DNA of 64,000 nt from Octopus vulgaris (taxonomy: Eukaryota). The notes under the pieces are model-generated. The model worked only from the letters and a program-made list of their open reading frames with translations. It had not been told where the DNA came from and made no database searches. The position numbers and the translations under genes are program-made. Positions 13,580-25,349 of the stretch are shown here, piece by piece (position 1 is the first letter of the stretch; each line of letters begins with the position of its first letter). Where the stretch lies: assembly GCA_951406725.2 (NCBI GenBank), contig OX597832.1, positions 3,658,001 to 3,722,000 of the forward strand. Reading direction: 5' to 3'.

Positions 13580-13902
13580 GAGGTCACTACATAGACCATG
13601 GGATTGTACCTAGAAAGTTAACCTCCCAGGCACAAGTCCGGGCAAGGTTGTTTATGGAAGACCAGCAGTCGCCCATGCATACCAGCCTCCCCTCTCCACG
13701 CTACCTGTGTTATCCAAGGGAAAGACAAAGACCGATACAACTTGGCATCTGTGACGTCTCAACTCATTTCTACGGCTGAGTGAACTGGAGCAACGTGAAA
13801 TAAAATGTCTTGCTCAAGAACACAATACGCATCCTGGTCCGGGATTCGAGCTCACAACCTCACGATCGTAATCTCGACGCTCTAACCACTGAGCCATGCG
13901 CC
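13580..13902 (-). mobile_element. tRNA-derived SINE family C
   Basis: Head GGCGCATGGCTCAGTGGTTAGAGCG...CGAATCCC (A and B boxes); homologues at 38152 and 51031. Confidence 0.85.
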
Positions 13903-13919
13903 TTTACATATGCATATAT

Positions 13920-14016
13920 ATGATATTTTATAATAAGAGATGCATATGTATAATTATATATATGCATATGTAATTATACATGTATATATATATATGTATA
14001 TATATATATATAGATG

Positions 14017-14085
<69 letters not shown>

Positions 14086-14398
14086 GTATATATACATATA
14101 TATATATTTGTATGTATACATATATAAACAAAATATGACCGCGTGTGTACCGTTGGCGGTTTTTTTTCCTCTGTCTTCCCTTCTCTGGATCTTTCCTTCT
14201 CCTATGTTTCCGACGAAGAGCTCCGCTCGAAACATTAAACCCTCCTTCTTTCCTTCTTTCCTGAGCGTCCAATAATAATAATATTTTTTTCCACGTCCTC
14301 GCGTTGTTGTGTTTTTTTGTGCTTTCTTGTTTGGATTAACTTTATATACATATATATGTATAAATGTATATATATGTGTATATGCACATATGTATATA

Positions 14399-14444
<46 letters not shown>

Positions 14445-14594
14445 TATATAAATACATATATATACGTATATATATACATATATGTATATATATGCATATA
14501 TGCATATATATATATATATATCTATATATACATAGATATATATGCATCTATATACACAAACACACATATATATATACGTATATATATATCTACA

Positions 14595-14689
<95 letters not shown>

Positions 14690-14690
14690 G
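13920..14690. repeat. Compound (TA)n/(TATG)n/(CA)n microsatellite field
   Basis: Directly visible; hosts the insertion at 14133-14340 and abuts the module at 14688. Confidence 0.95.
14133..14340 (+). mobile_element. PLE-type 3' terminal module with minimal hammerhead-like motif (14206-14240)
   Basis: GTTT-CCGACGAA-GAGC(TCC)GCTC-GAAAC-ATT-AAAC; downstream TTCC.GAGCGTC is shared with the module near 50430. Confidence 0.6.
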
Positions 14691-15094
14691 AAAGAATGGA
14701 GTCGAACGAAGATGTTAACAAAATTCCTTTACTCTCGACATATGTTTCGAAGACCACATGGTTTCATTCCAAAGGAATAAAGGGTGTATGATGCAATCTT
14801 CTCATCAGGAAAGAAAGATGAGAAGATTGCATCATACACCCTTTATTCCTTTGGAATGAAACCATGTGGTCTTCGAAACATATGTCGAGAGTAAAGGAAT
14901 TTTGTTAACATCTTCGTTCGACTCCATTCTTTCATTTATTCATATATAACACACAAATTTCTGCAAATGAACCCGGAGTTTCAACCCTTGGACAGGTCGC
15001 TTCAACCGTGTTTCTGACGCGAATTTGCTACCCTGGTATCGGTTCAACGAATTTTCCATGCTGACGATAAACATAGGATAATTCATTCACCTAT

Positions 15095-15105
<11 letters not shown>
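14688..15105. mobile_element. PLE-type module with a perfect 119-bp inverted repeat
   Basis: 14688-14806 is the exact reverse complement of 14817-14935 with a 10-nt spacer; unique tail to ~15105; (TA)n on both sides. Confidence 0.85.
14727..14816 (-). ncRNA. Type I hammerhead ribozyme, canonical core
   Basis: CTTTC-CTGATGA-GAAGA[long loop]TCTTC-GAAA-C(ATAT)G-TC-GAGAG: stems I, II and III pair, GUC triplet, palindromic stem III (CATATG). Confidence 0.8.
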
Positions 15106-15154
<49 letters not shown>

Positions 15155-15157
<3 letters not shown>

Positions 15158-15560
15158 TATTATAAAAGGCAGATTTTATCTGCCTCCCTTTGGGAGTTAT
15201 AGAAATCTACAATATAGCATTTCTTCAATTACAATTTACCTAGCATTTTTAAGAGTACAATGCATCGCGTCATGCCAGGTCCAGTTTTTAAAATTTAAAC
15301 TCCAATTAAGCAAAATTTACAGAAAACTCACATTCTGGTGTGTGTGTCAAATGCTTTTCTTAGTCTGGTTTACAGCACACGCAAACGCACACACACAGTG
15401 TGCAACGAATAAAGTGAAACTAGATGTAATATTTGTTTCTGTCTATCACGCTGATAGATACATGAGTAAAATGTATGGGAAGCTAACACATAAGAGTGAG
15501 TGAAAATGTTCTTGGAAGAGAGTAAATAGCCAGAGAGAGTGATTTGAGGAAGACTTTACA
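15155..15560 (+). mobile_element. Possible non-autonomous Helitron 5' portion
   Basis: A|TCTTATTATAAAAGG start resembles the other Helitron 5' ends here; no CTAG end seen. Confidence 0.4.
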
Positions 15561-16051
15561 TTAAATAACCGTAGTGGCTTGTGTTAGTAATAAAGTAAAC
15601 ATACACTCATACATACATACATACATACATACATACATACATACATACATACATACATACATACACACACACATACACACACATACATACATACACACAC
15701 ACATACATACATACATACACATATACATACATACATACATATTCATACATACATACATATACATACATACATACACACACACACATACACACACACACAG
15801 TATTGAAGCTTGAGAACAATCAGATACATTTGCAACACATCTGTTGAAAATATTATTGTTCACACACATACATATACATATATACATACAGACAGACAGA
15901 CAGATAGACACACACACACACACACACATGATCCAGCATGACCACAACCTCAAGGCTGAAACATATAAAAGAATAACAGAATATAAATGTGTGCATGTGT
16001 GTGAGAGAGAGAGTGTGTGTGTATATGTATGTACGTATGTATGTATATATA

Positions 16052-16648
16052 TATAATAATGCGGTTTTTTCAACAGCTTGAACTAAAAGTCAGGGGGGAA
16101 TGGGATAAACTACTTATATTAACTTGCTATAAAAGCAGGTAGTAATTTTATCTTGTCCTTATTCATAGTGCAAGTTTTGAAGAGTGCATTTCGATTTTAA
16201 CAGCTATTTTTTTCAAAGCTATATTGGAAGTAACAAAGGAGCATATTTGGCATATTTTGCTTTATGTGTTCAATAAAGACAACAACGCAACGGAAAGTAC
16301 AAGAAATATTTATGCAGTATATGGGGATTGGACAATAAGCGTAAGGCAGTGTCAATGGTGGTTCCAGAAATTCCGAGCCATAAACTACAGCCTAGAAGAC
16401 GAGCCTCATCCTGAAAGATCTGTAGAACTCGACAAGGACATCCTGAAAACCCTGGTGGAACAAAATCTCATCGTAACTGTTGAGGAACTAGCAGAGAAGC
16501 TTGGATTTGGTCATTCAACCATTCATTGAGACCTGTGTGCTATCGGAAAAGTCAGCAAATTGGGTCAATGGGTTCCTCACGAACTTTCCGAGTCTAATTG
16601 CATGCAGAGAGTGAATGTATGCTTTTCTTTGCTGTCACATCTCACCAC
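16052..16648 (+). mobile_element. Mariner copy (same family as 10050), 3'-truncated
   Basis: ATAATGCGGTTTTT TIR remnant, EVTKEHIWHILL...WWFQKFR and GQWVPHEL; ends just before a Helitron. Confidence 0.88.
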
Positions 16649-16664
16649 TACTGCGCTATGTATA

Positions 16665-17300
16665 TCTATATATATAAAACTGTAGTTGTGTGAGTGTCTG
16701 TCCCCTTCGATTTAGATTCCTAACTACTCCCACATTTTGCGGTGCAGTTTAACCAAATTCGGGTAGCTTATAGTCGTGATTCATATCGAGCCCGTCTGAG
16801 TATTAGCGCGCGTCTACGATGAGTCTACGATTTTAAAAATAATTTAACATCATTTTTTATTCCATTTTAATGCATAATTTTTCGTGTGTCGATGGCGGCG
16901 GAGTTGGCGTCCACGCTCACACCTGCACCTGTGGGGAAGGGAGTGTAAGGAAATCAACGTCGTAATGCGTTGTCAAGGAGACCAGCGTTCTTTTAGAACA
17001 ACGACTTCATGGCTTGAAGACACCAAAACAGAAATGGCTAAGAAAGCGTCTACATGAGTCTACGATTTAAAAAAAAATTTACCATCGTTTTTTTTCCATT
17101 TTAATGCATTTTTTACCTATTATATAAGGGAAGTAACTCTCTAAAATGTCTACGATGAGTCAACGATTTAAAAAAAAATTTACCATCATATTTTTTCCAT
17201 TTTTAATGCATTTTTTGCTATTTTTTGGCTATAACTCTCTAAAAATGCTTATATAGTTATTTCCCTTACAAACCCGAGCAACGCTGGGCGATACTGCTAG
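16665..17300 (+). mobile_element. Non-autonomous Helitron
   Basis: A|TC 5' end, 3' hairpin CCCGAGCAACGCTGGG then CTAG|T; internal direct repeats; shorter sister at 52058-52354. Confidence 0.85.
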
Positions 17301-17316
17301 TATATATATATATATA

Positions 17317-17370
<54 letters not shown>

Positions 17371-17899
17371 TATATACGTATATATATACATACGTATATA
17401 TGCACGTTTTGTGACGTCCTGTGCCCACATATGCAAATATATATATTATATATATTAGTATATATACATATATATATCTATACACACACACTCACACACA
17501 CGCATATATACACATAAAACACTTATTTAAATACTTTATAACTTTAAATCATTTATTCGTAAGTTATCAATAATTTCAATTTTAATTATTTAATTGGGAA
17601 AACTTTCTCCAAGCCATCGACTGTTTGCAATTTTTGTGTCTTTCTCGTCTACTTAAGATGAATGTGAATGCTGCAATACTCATTTGAAAAATATTTATTG
17701 GTGTTATTCCTTGCATGATCATTCTGTTTTAAGAACGGACCGTTTCAAAAATTCTTCAAACCACTGACGATTTGTTATCAGAGTTGGTGATAAAGAAGAA
17801 TGCAGTGTAAATTTCCCCTAGATATAAAGCTGTCCTCCATTTCGGAAGGAATATAATAACTGCTATTCTGTAATGGGGTAGAAAAGACGAACATGAAAT

Positions 17900-18460
17900 G
17901 TATTCACGTAAATGATGTTTGAAGAATAAGGCTAAGAAATGGAACACATTAGGAAACTTCCAAACTTAGGTTTCTAATGAAAATGCATGAATTGGTTTCG
18001 TTGTAGAGATTGACAATAGTATATTTGCAAGAAGTATTTCGTTGGATATGTGATACGGATAATATGAATGCTTAAAATGTTGTAAGTTATCTTTGTGCTT
18101 GGAATTTTATTAGAGACGCTGCAAATGGATGAAACATTGTTGTTGTCAATAATTCTAGATTATATCGTGTTAGGCTCCTCTTTATAGTCTAATAGACGGG
18201 CAGCATACGTGCTAGCTATAATCTTTATTTGGTAAGGCACAACCATCGCGCAGACAATGTTTGAGGCAATTTTTTTAAAATCCATTAAATGAATCTGTTA
18301 GAAACCATGTGAGGAGTAGGTGATAGAAAGCGAAGATGGAAATACAGAACTATTATGGTCCAATAGTTAACATGCTGTCAGAGTATTTAATCGAATTTGT
18401 ATGGTGTAAAGGAGGCTGACGGATATGCTTTGGATGCTATGTTTTCAAGGATCAGATTTT
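17900..18460 (+). pseudogene. Merlin/IS1016-like (ISXO2) transposase relic
   Basis: GFVVEIDNSIFAR (cf. VEIDES.F), DETLLLSIILDYIVLGS and LSEYLIEFVW (cf. YL.EF.WR); many stops. Confidence 0.5.
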
Positions 18461-18500
18461 ATAAAACGTTCTTTTCTGTTTTCCAGTATATATAGTTTAA

Positions 18501-18731
18501 CCCTTTAGCATTCAGATTACCCGAATGCAATGCTCATTTATTCACATTGCTTTGAATTAATCAGGGATTATCTCATAGCTTTGAGATTCTGATGAAGTGA
18601 TTGTTTATTTTTAGAATGACTTTGAAAGATAAATGCGAGAGGCTGGATCTGGCCAGTTTGCCCTTAGAACAGGTAGTATATATTTTCACATGATACTTAT
18701 AAGAGGGATACATATAAGAGATGCTAAAGGG
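18501..18731. mobile_element. piggyBac-type MITE
   Basis: TTAA|CCCTTTAGCAT ... ATGCTAAAGGG|TTAA: 11-bp TIR with TTAA target duplication. Confidence 0.85.
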
Positions 18732-19224
18732 TTAAATATCACGTTTATCAATTTTAATAATTATAATTTTCATTTATTTTCAAAGTGGGGGACGAGGAAG
18801 CATTTTTCGTTTTTAATATATATTATTTAATTGTTCTTTTTAATATCTATTGTTTCTAATAATTTTGGTATGGAAACAGAATGAACAAGTGAGTTTTGAT
18901 TATAATACATACACACATATATACAAACATGTAAACGCACGCGCACGCACAAACGCATACACACGCGCGCATCCCCCCCCACACACTCACAAACGCACGC
19001 GTATTAGTGTGAGGGACAGATGTGTTATCATTTTTAAGGTGTATCGTTTTAGATATCTTTAAAAAGATATTTAAAAAACACAATCTTCAAAACTAGCAAA
19101 ATTTAAATTATCTCTTTATTACAATAATTTTTTAATTAATGACCTGGGGTTCCAGTAAACCGAAATTATCAAGGTTTTTTTTTGTCTCTGTTCCAGTTTC
19201 TTACTCGTTCACAAAACTCACAAA

Positions 19225-19428
19225 ATATTGATTTCAAGTTTTCGCACTTTCGGGGAGGGCTAATTTGATTACATCGGCTCCAGTGCTCAGCTGATATTTA
19301 TTTTATCTACCCCAAAAGGGATAAAAATAAACCGACCTCGATGGAATTTGATCTCAGAATGTGAAGACGGACGAAAAGCTGTTAAGTATTTCGCGCAGCA
19401 TGCTAACGATTCTGCCAGCTAGCTGCCT
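19225..19428 (-). mobile_element. SINE family B
   Basis: Reverse complement of the family B head and core. Confidence 0.75.
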
Positions 19429-19699
19429 TCAAACCCCAGAAAATATTGGAATGTCTAAATAATTAATATGCTCGTTGGTAAAATTGTTTTTGCTGTCAAA
19501 CTGCCTCCAAATGAATATCTACAAAATTCACAGTCTTCAGAAACCTTTTTATTTAATAAACAAAAACAAAAAAAGTGTATCATTTTTAGATATGATTGTT
19601 TTATTTTTTTTTGTGAGCGAGTGAGGAAGCCCATATTTTCGTGACTGTTTCTGTATATATATTATGTTTTTTCTCGATAGGTCCAACATAATTGATAAA

Positions 19700-19888
19700 A
19701 TGGCTGCTAACTGGTTTCTGAGTTTGTTAATATGTCTATTGATAAGCATCAACCTTCATCTTTCATTTTCGCAAGATGGTGACTTGACTTCATTTATCTA
19801 CAGCAACAGCTTTGCTCTCGAACTGATTTCAACAAAACAAAACGTAACTGATTTGGCAAAACAATATGGCTTCCATCTGGGCTCAAAG
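19700..19888 (+). CDS. Furin/prohormone-convertase-like protein, first coding exon (signal peptide and pro-domain start)
   Basis: Acceptor ...TTCTCGATAG at 19680, ATG at 19700, MAANWFLSLLICLLISINLHLSFS signal peptide, YSNSFALE...LAKQYGFHLG (S8 pro-domain pattern), donor AAG|GT at 19889, phase 0. Confidence 0.85.
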
Positions 19889-20797
19889 GTCAATATTTTC
19901 TGAAGAATTTTGATTCAATTATATTTTACATTTCTCGAACTATCATCGTTATCTTGAGTCACAGAATGTTGTATATCTAATTTCAGAACTTGAAATATAT
20001 CTTTAGTTCTGTTAAAACATTTTACATTGTTGTTGTTTAGTCTCAAGACAGCTGTGATCTTGCAGGCACATGATTAAAAGAATTTCATACCTTGGCTTAT
20101 ATTGTTCAACGAGACATTTCGTTTTTAGAATAAGATTGTAGGTTGTCAATTGATTGAAATGTGGTTGTTAATTCGCGCAAATGAAACAACTAAACAGAAG
20201 TTCTTTTGTTGTCTTGCTTATGCGATAACTAATTTTCTCAGTTTATTACACTGTGTAATAAATATTTTTCTGCTTTGGTCAGTAAACGCTATTTCCATTT
20301 GCTTCTATTTAGAACTCAAAGGAAATGATTACTATTTCCTTCAAAATTTACTTTTGTGATCTGGATATCGATGTTTTTGAAACAGAACTGTTTTCCATCA
20401 CATTTCAGACAAATTCAACGCTGAGTTGCTGAAGTAGAAATATTATCGCAAATATTCTGCTCTATACCACAGATTTACTTGTCTCTGATTATGAGCAAGA
20501 ATAGTGGGAGAGCATCATGGCCATGTGTTGAGAGGGATTCTTTGGGGTTTGAATAAATGCAGCAAAGGCAAAGTTTGAAGGAAATATTAGCCGTGTTTCA
20601 TACATAGCAAATAGGAAATAATAGTTGTTACCCAAGGACAAGAATCGTGTTATATATAGTAACTTTAAAAAATCAATATGTAATTATAAAGTTTCTATGT
20701 TGAATAGTAATGATTTCACATATTTACCACGATATTTATTCTAGCCAAATTATCGTTGACTAAATTTTAAAACACTTATATTTAATTTCTATTTCAG

Positions 20798-20899
20798 CAC
20801 GATTATTTGAACGTTTATAGATTGGTTCATCCAGATATCCCCGTTTCGTCGAAAAGAAAAGCTCACAAATTCCTTGAAAGACTCAAGCAAGATGACAGG
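20798..20899 (+). CDS. Convertase-like protein, second coding exon (pro-domain)
   Basis: TTTCAG|...AGG|GTAAAT, 102 nt, HDYLNVYRLVHPDIPVSSKRKAHKFLERLKQDDR; the KR matches the secondary pro-domain cleavage position. Confidence 0.85.
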
Positions 20900-21734
20900 G
20901 TAAATTGAATGGTGTAGTTTGAATGTCTATTATGTCTGTTATGGTAATTAAAGTAACCAGGCTCTCTAATGTTTAAATAAAATGTTCCCATTTAAAATGT
21001 TTACATCTTTCGTTTGTTAACGTACACCCGCAGAAATATTTCGTGCTGTGTGAATATGTAAATAATACCATCAGGCAACATCCAGTTAAGTCTGTTACAA
21101 AGTGTATCTAAAGCCCTAGTCGAATAAATAAATAAAATCAGTTCCTGTTATCAGCTTTCAAACGCTCTGTTGAATATATGACGTGTCAACACACATTATA
21201 TAATTTAATTATAAAGGGATGCTGACCCACATTTAAGTAATTAAAAGGTGGGTTTGATTATTTCTAAAGTTTTCAACATCAAAAATAACGACAGTAAAGC
21301 AGTGATTTGGAAAAATATTAAGGATTAGTTAATAATATTTGTCCGAAAAAATAATGGAGACCAGTCAGATTGTAGACTCAGCTAGGCTGTTTTCTCCGCT
21401 GTGAAAAAACAGTGAAGTATATCCAAAGAATAGCCATTGCTATTCGTGGCTATACTTCTGTGGACGAAGCTCAACTAACCATATAATATCGGAGAAATTT
21501 CTCTTGCTTGCTCGATCAAAGTCCTAATACTTTCTCTAATAACTGTATGTAATCCCACAGTAGTTAATTACGACGTTGAAAACATTGCAAATAGTGAAAC
21601 CTACTCTTTTATTACGTACCTCTTATGGTTTAGTTTATTAGATGTGTACCCTATAAATCACAAGTCTTACTTAATTTTGTTTTGAAAATAAATAATTATA
21701 ATAAGTGAGTGTCATATATTATTTAAAATGCTTG

Positions 21735-21900
21735 GGCGGTGAGCTAGAATAATCATGATCACGTCGGACAAATTGCTTAGCGGTGTCAGTAACGTTGTTA
21801 ATAGGGGGAGCGACCGTCTCCACGGGCACATTTTTCAAAGTTGGTGCTTTTTCAACAATTCTTATTAATTCTTTAGTTCACTTGTGCGATAAAAGTCGAA

Positions 21901-21969
<69 letters not shown>

Positions 21970-22340
21970 TTGTTAATCGCATGGCCTTGGAAGAACCTTC
22001 TGGAATCATTATTTTATTTGGCCAACCTCCAGCGTTTTTGAACTGTCTGCTCAATCTCCTCTGATGTGTTGGTGGCCGTCGGCATCTGAAGGATCAAAAC
22101 AAACCCTGATGTCATAATCTCACGACACAGGATGATCCCGTTGAGTTTCATCTTTTTCACGTCACACCTATATCAGTAGTCGTAAGTTTCATACATAATG
22201 ACATTTTTACTGAAATGTCTTTTTTTATGTGCTCGCTCCCCCTAACTTTAGGACCTGAATTGTAAGAGACATGTTTTTCTCTCTTTACATTCTCATTGCA
22301 AATTCTGCTGTGGTCGACTTTGCCCTTCATTCCTTATGAG
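21735..22340 (+). mobile_element. SINE family B split by a MITE-like insert (~21787-22257)
   Basis: SINE head at 21735-21786 and core resuming ~22290. The insert has inverted TAGGGGGAGCGA/TCGCTCCCCCTA; no target duplication found. Confidence 0.55.
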
Positions 22341-22926
22341 TTATAGATTGTAAATTGTTGTATTTCACAAAATATTTACTGCTTCCGCTCTGCTTTCCAA
22401 AGTACTGCAGCTTAGGAAGTCCAGCAGAGTCGACAATTCATCCAGTTGTTTCTAAGCATAAAGTGTAGACATAGAAAAGTTCCCCAACTGTCAAAACCAG
22501 TGGAAACATTGGTATCGAGGATCCAGTCAGTAAACAGCCTTTAATTTTAGATATAAGCAAATAGTGAAAATCTTGGAATTGTTTTCAAATTATCAGTTCT
22601 TTAAATGAGTTTCTGTTACTGCTACAGAATTCTATCATTGTAGCTATATTCTGCAATATTGCGACAGTGGTAAAACATCCCATTCTCAACGACTCGGCAT
22701 AATTGGAAAATTCTTTTCTTGTTGTATTGCTTGCTACTAAGCAGTGGGGGAAGAGGTCACTGTTTAAGTAACAAGTATTTTTCTTTTTGTTATCTTGTAG
22801 TGCTTCGGCGAAATCCTCTCAAAACTTCTACTGGAGTGAAGTGAGGAGTTCTATAGGGTTGAATAGGCGAAGATATGACCTTTCATTTTTGCACCTTACT
22901 TATAAAGTATTTTCATGTTTAACTAG

Positions 22927-23112
22927 GTGAAATACATTTTACAACTTAAACAACTGCTTCGCCATAAAAAAGGATCAGCTACATCTGCCGATCAAGAATT
23001 ATCTTCCATGAGTAACTTCTCTGGTTACGATGCACATCACCAACAAGCACAAGCTATGAATTGGAGCCGGCCCATATTTACAGACCCATATTTTATTGAT
23101 CAATGGTATTTG
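22927..23112 (+). CDS. Convertase-like protein, third coding exon (pro-domain end and start of catalytic domain)
   Basis: TAG|GTG...TTG|GTACGT, 186 nt, VKYILQLKQLLRHKK...FTDPYFIDQWYL; F.DP.F..QWYL is the hallmark N-terminus of kexin/furin catalytic domains. Confidence 0.9.
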
Positions 23113-23997
23113 GTACGTATTTATATATATACATGCATACAATTATATATGTGTATGAGTGTGTGTGTGTATGTGTGTGTATGTGTGTGTGTGATTATAT
23201 CTATCTATTTGTCTGTCTGTCTATCTGCACGCATGTATGCATAACTTTATCTAAATTCAATTCTTGATGCATGCGTTTCTCTTTGTATATTTATTTTATG
23301 TTGTCAATGATATTCACTGAATTCTAAAAAATGCTAAAACGACTTTTCATTTTATAAAATACCATCTTGGCGTGAACCTCTTTGAAGAATCTCAAGAGAA
23401 TTTTCCTTGTTGTTTCTTCAAAACTAGGTTTCACTGTTAGGCGTTATTCCAGTATGAAATCTTGTCCTCAACAGCATAACCTCTAAGGGGTTTTGTTGAC
23501 CTACTTCTGTTAATATTTCATAAATGACTTACGAGCTATGTTGGCGAGCCAAGCTTAATTATTTTCAGATGATCAAAAAACAAAAAATAAGAAGAAATAC
23601 AATTGTTCTTGTGAAGAAGCATAATAAAATACTGCACTTTGTGTGTGTGTGTGTATTTGTGTGAGTGTGTGTGTGTGTGTATTTGTGTGAGTGTGTGTGT
23701 GTGTGTGTGAGTGTGTGTGTGTGTGTGTAATGATATGATTTTCTTACGTACGCCGATTTTAAAAGTTGATATTGTTATCGTTATTAAAATTATCATAAGT
23801 CCCAACTGAGGACTGAGTTCAATTATATCGATTATACACCCAACAAATCGATCGCATTGTGAGTGAACGCATTTCCACGGATTACAGGCACATCTCAGTG
23901 CAAACATATGCCCTTTAGAAGGAAAAATATTGATTTTTCCTGTAGATTAATACTGTTAAAATGAACCTAAGGGTATATTTACCAAAACCAAAAGAAC

Positions 23998-24043
<46 letters not shown>

Positions 24044-24064
24044 CACAAAAACATCAGTTGAAAG

Positions 24065-24742
24065 CAGTGGCGACTCGTAGATAAAATTAATGGGGGTACT
24101 GCTTCAGTAAAATTTTAGCCGTTGTTTTAATATTGTGTAAAAGGAAACAAACATATTAAAAAGAATATTTATCGATGAACTTGATCGGTTCGCGTTTTAG
24201 CTACTGCCGAGTAGTGTGTTTAATTTGTTCACTGAACATCGTTGCGAATTACCCCTTGCTTTTCAAAAATCCTCCCTAGATAACAAAATCTGTCCCGTTT
24301 TTCAAATCCTGACAGAAACATTGAAACTGGAAACAGGATAATAATCTAATTCTACACTGTATCACATTCAAGAATATAAACACGCTTTTAAGCACAGCAC
24401 ACGCAGAGTCAAAAAGAAACACTGCCTTCCATCGGCACTGCGTAAACGACAACACCCCTTCACCCTAGCGTGAAGCTTCTTATCTCGGACATGTGAGCAT
24501 GCGTACAACAGCCAAACACCGCGTCGCTGGAATGTGAAGTGCATAGTTCTATACAATGTGTTTTGTACTTTTTTCATAGACTAGGGGATGGTTACTGCCA
24601 TTAAGCTTAAGTATTATATAATGTACAAGTATAAAGAAATAATTAAAGAAGAAAGGACTCATTATGTTGAATGTTATCGATAATATCGGGTGGAAATAGG
24701 GGGTGCTGCAGTTTCGCAGTGCCTATACACGAGCCCCCACTG
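24065..24742. mobile_element. hAT-type non-autonomous element
   Basis: TIRs CAGTGGCGACTCGT / ACGAGCCCCCACTG (12 of 14 match) with a perfect 8-bp target duplication GTTGAAAG on both sides. Confidence 0.85.
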
Positions 24743-25349
24743 GTTGAAAGTATCTATTTCTTCATGATGGAAATTTGATTGAAGGACTGGTTTCGTCGTT
24801 TGCACTAACTGCTTGTTGGAACAAGAAGACAAAAGAAACACTGCATAGTATGGGTGTTGTTTACACGAGTATAAGAGAGAAAGAAGGTAATCTACCAGTG
24901 TAATAAAATTTAAAAAAAGAAGATACAATAGCTTTCTTTATGCCTCCCAAAGAAGTGGGACTCATTGAAACATGGAGTGAAATCTCCTACATCTCAAAAG
25001 AGAGAGAGAGAGAGTTAGCTACTACTTGTGTTGTCTTCAAGAACGAATTTTTTTTTCGTTCTTGAAATTTTTTAATTAAATAAACTCAGCACATAACACT
25101 CTTGTTCAAATTATTATTGTAAAGAGAAAGGTTTGGTTGTCATTAGAATCGTTAGAGAAAATGCCTGGTGGTATTTGTTCCGGCTCTTTACGGTCTGAGT
25201 TCAGATCCCATCGTGGTGAATTTTGCATTTCATCCTTCTGCAGTCGATAAAATAAATACCAGTCATGCACTATTCTCTCCCCATAATACTTCTTGCCTTG
25301 TGCTTCTGTAAAATATCATATTTGCTGTTTTTTATACGATGTTGGCATT

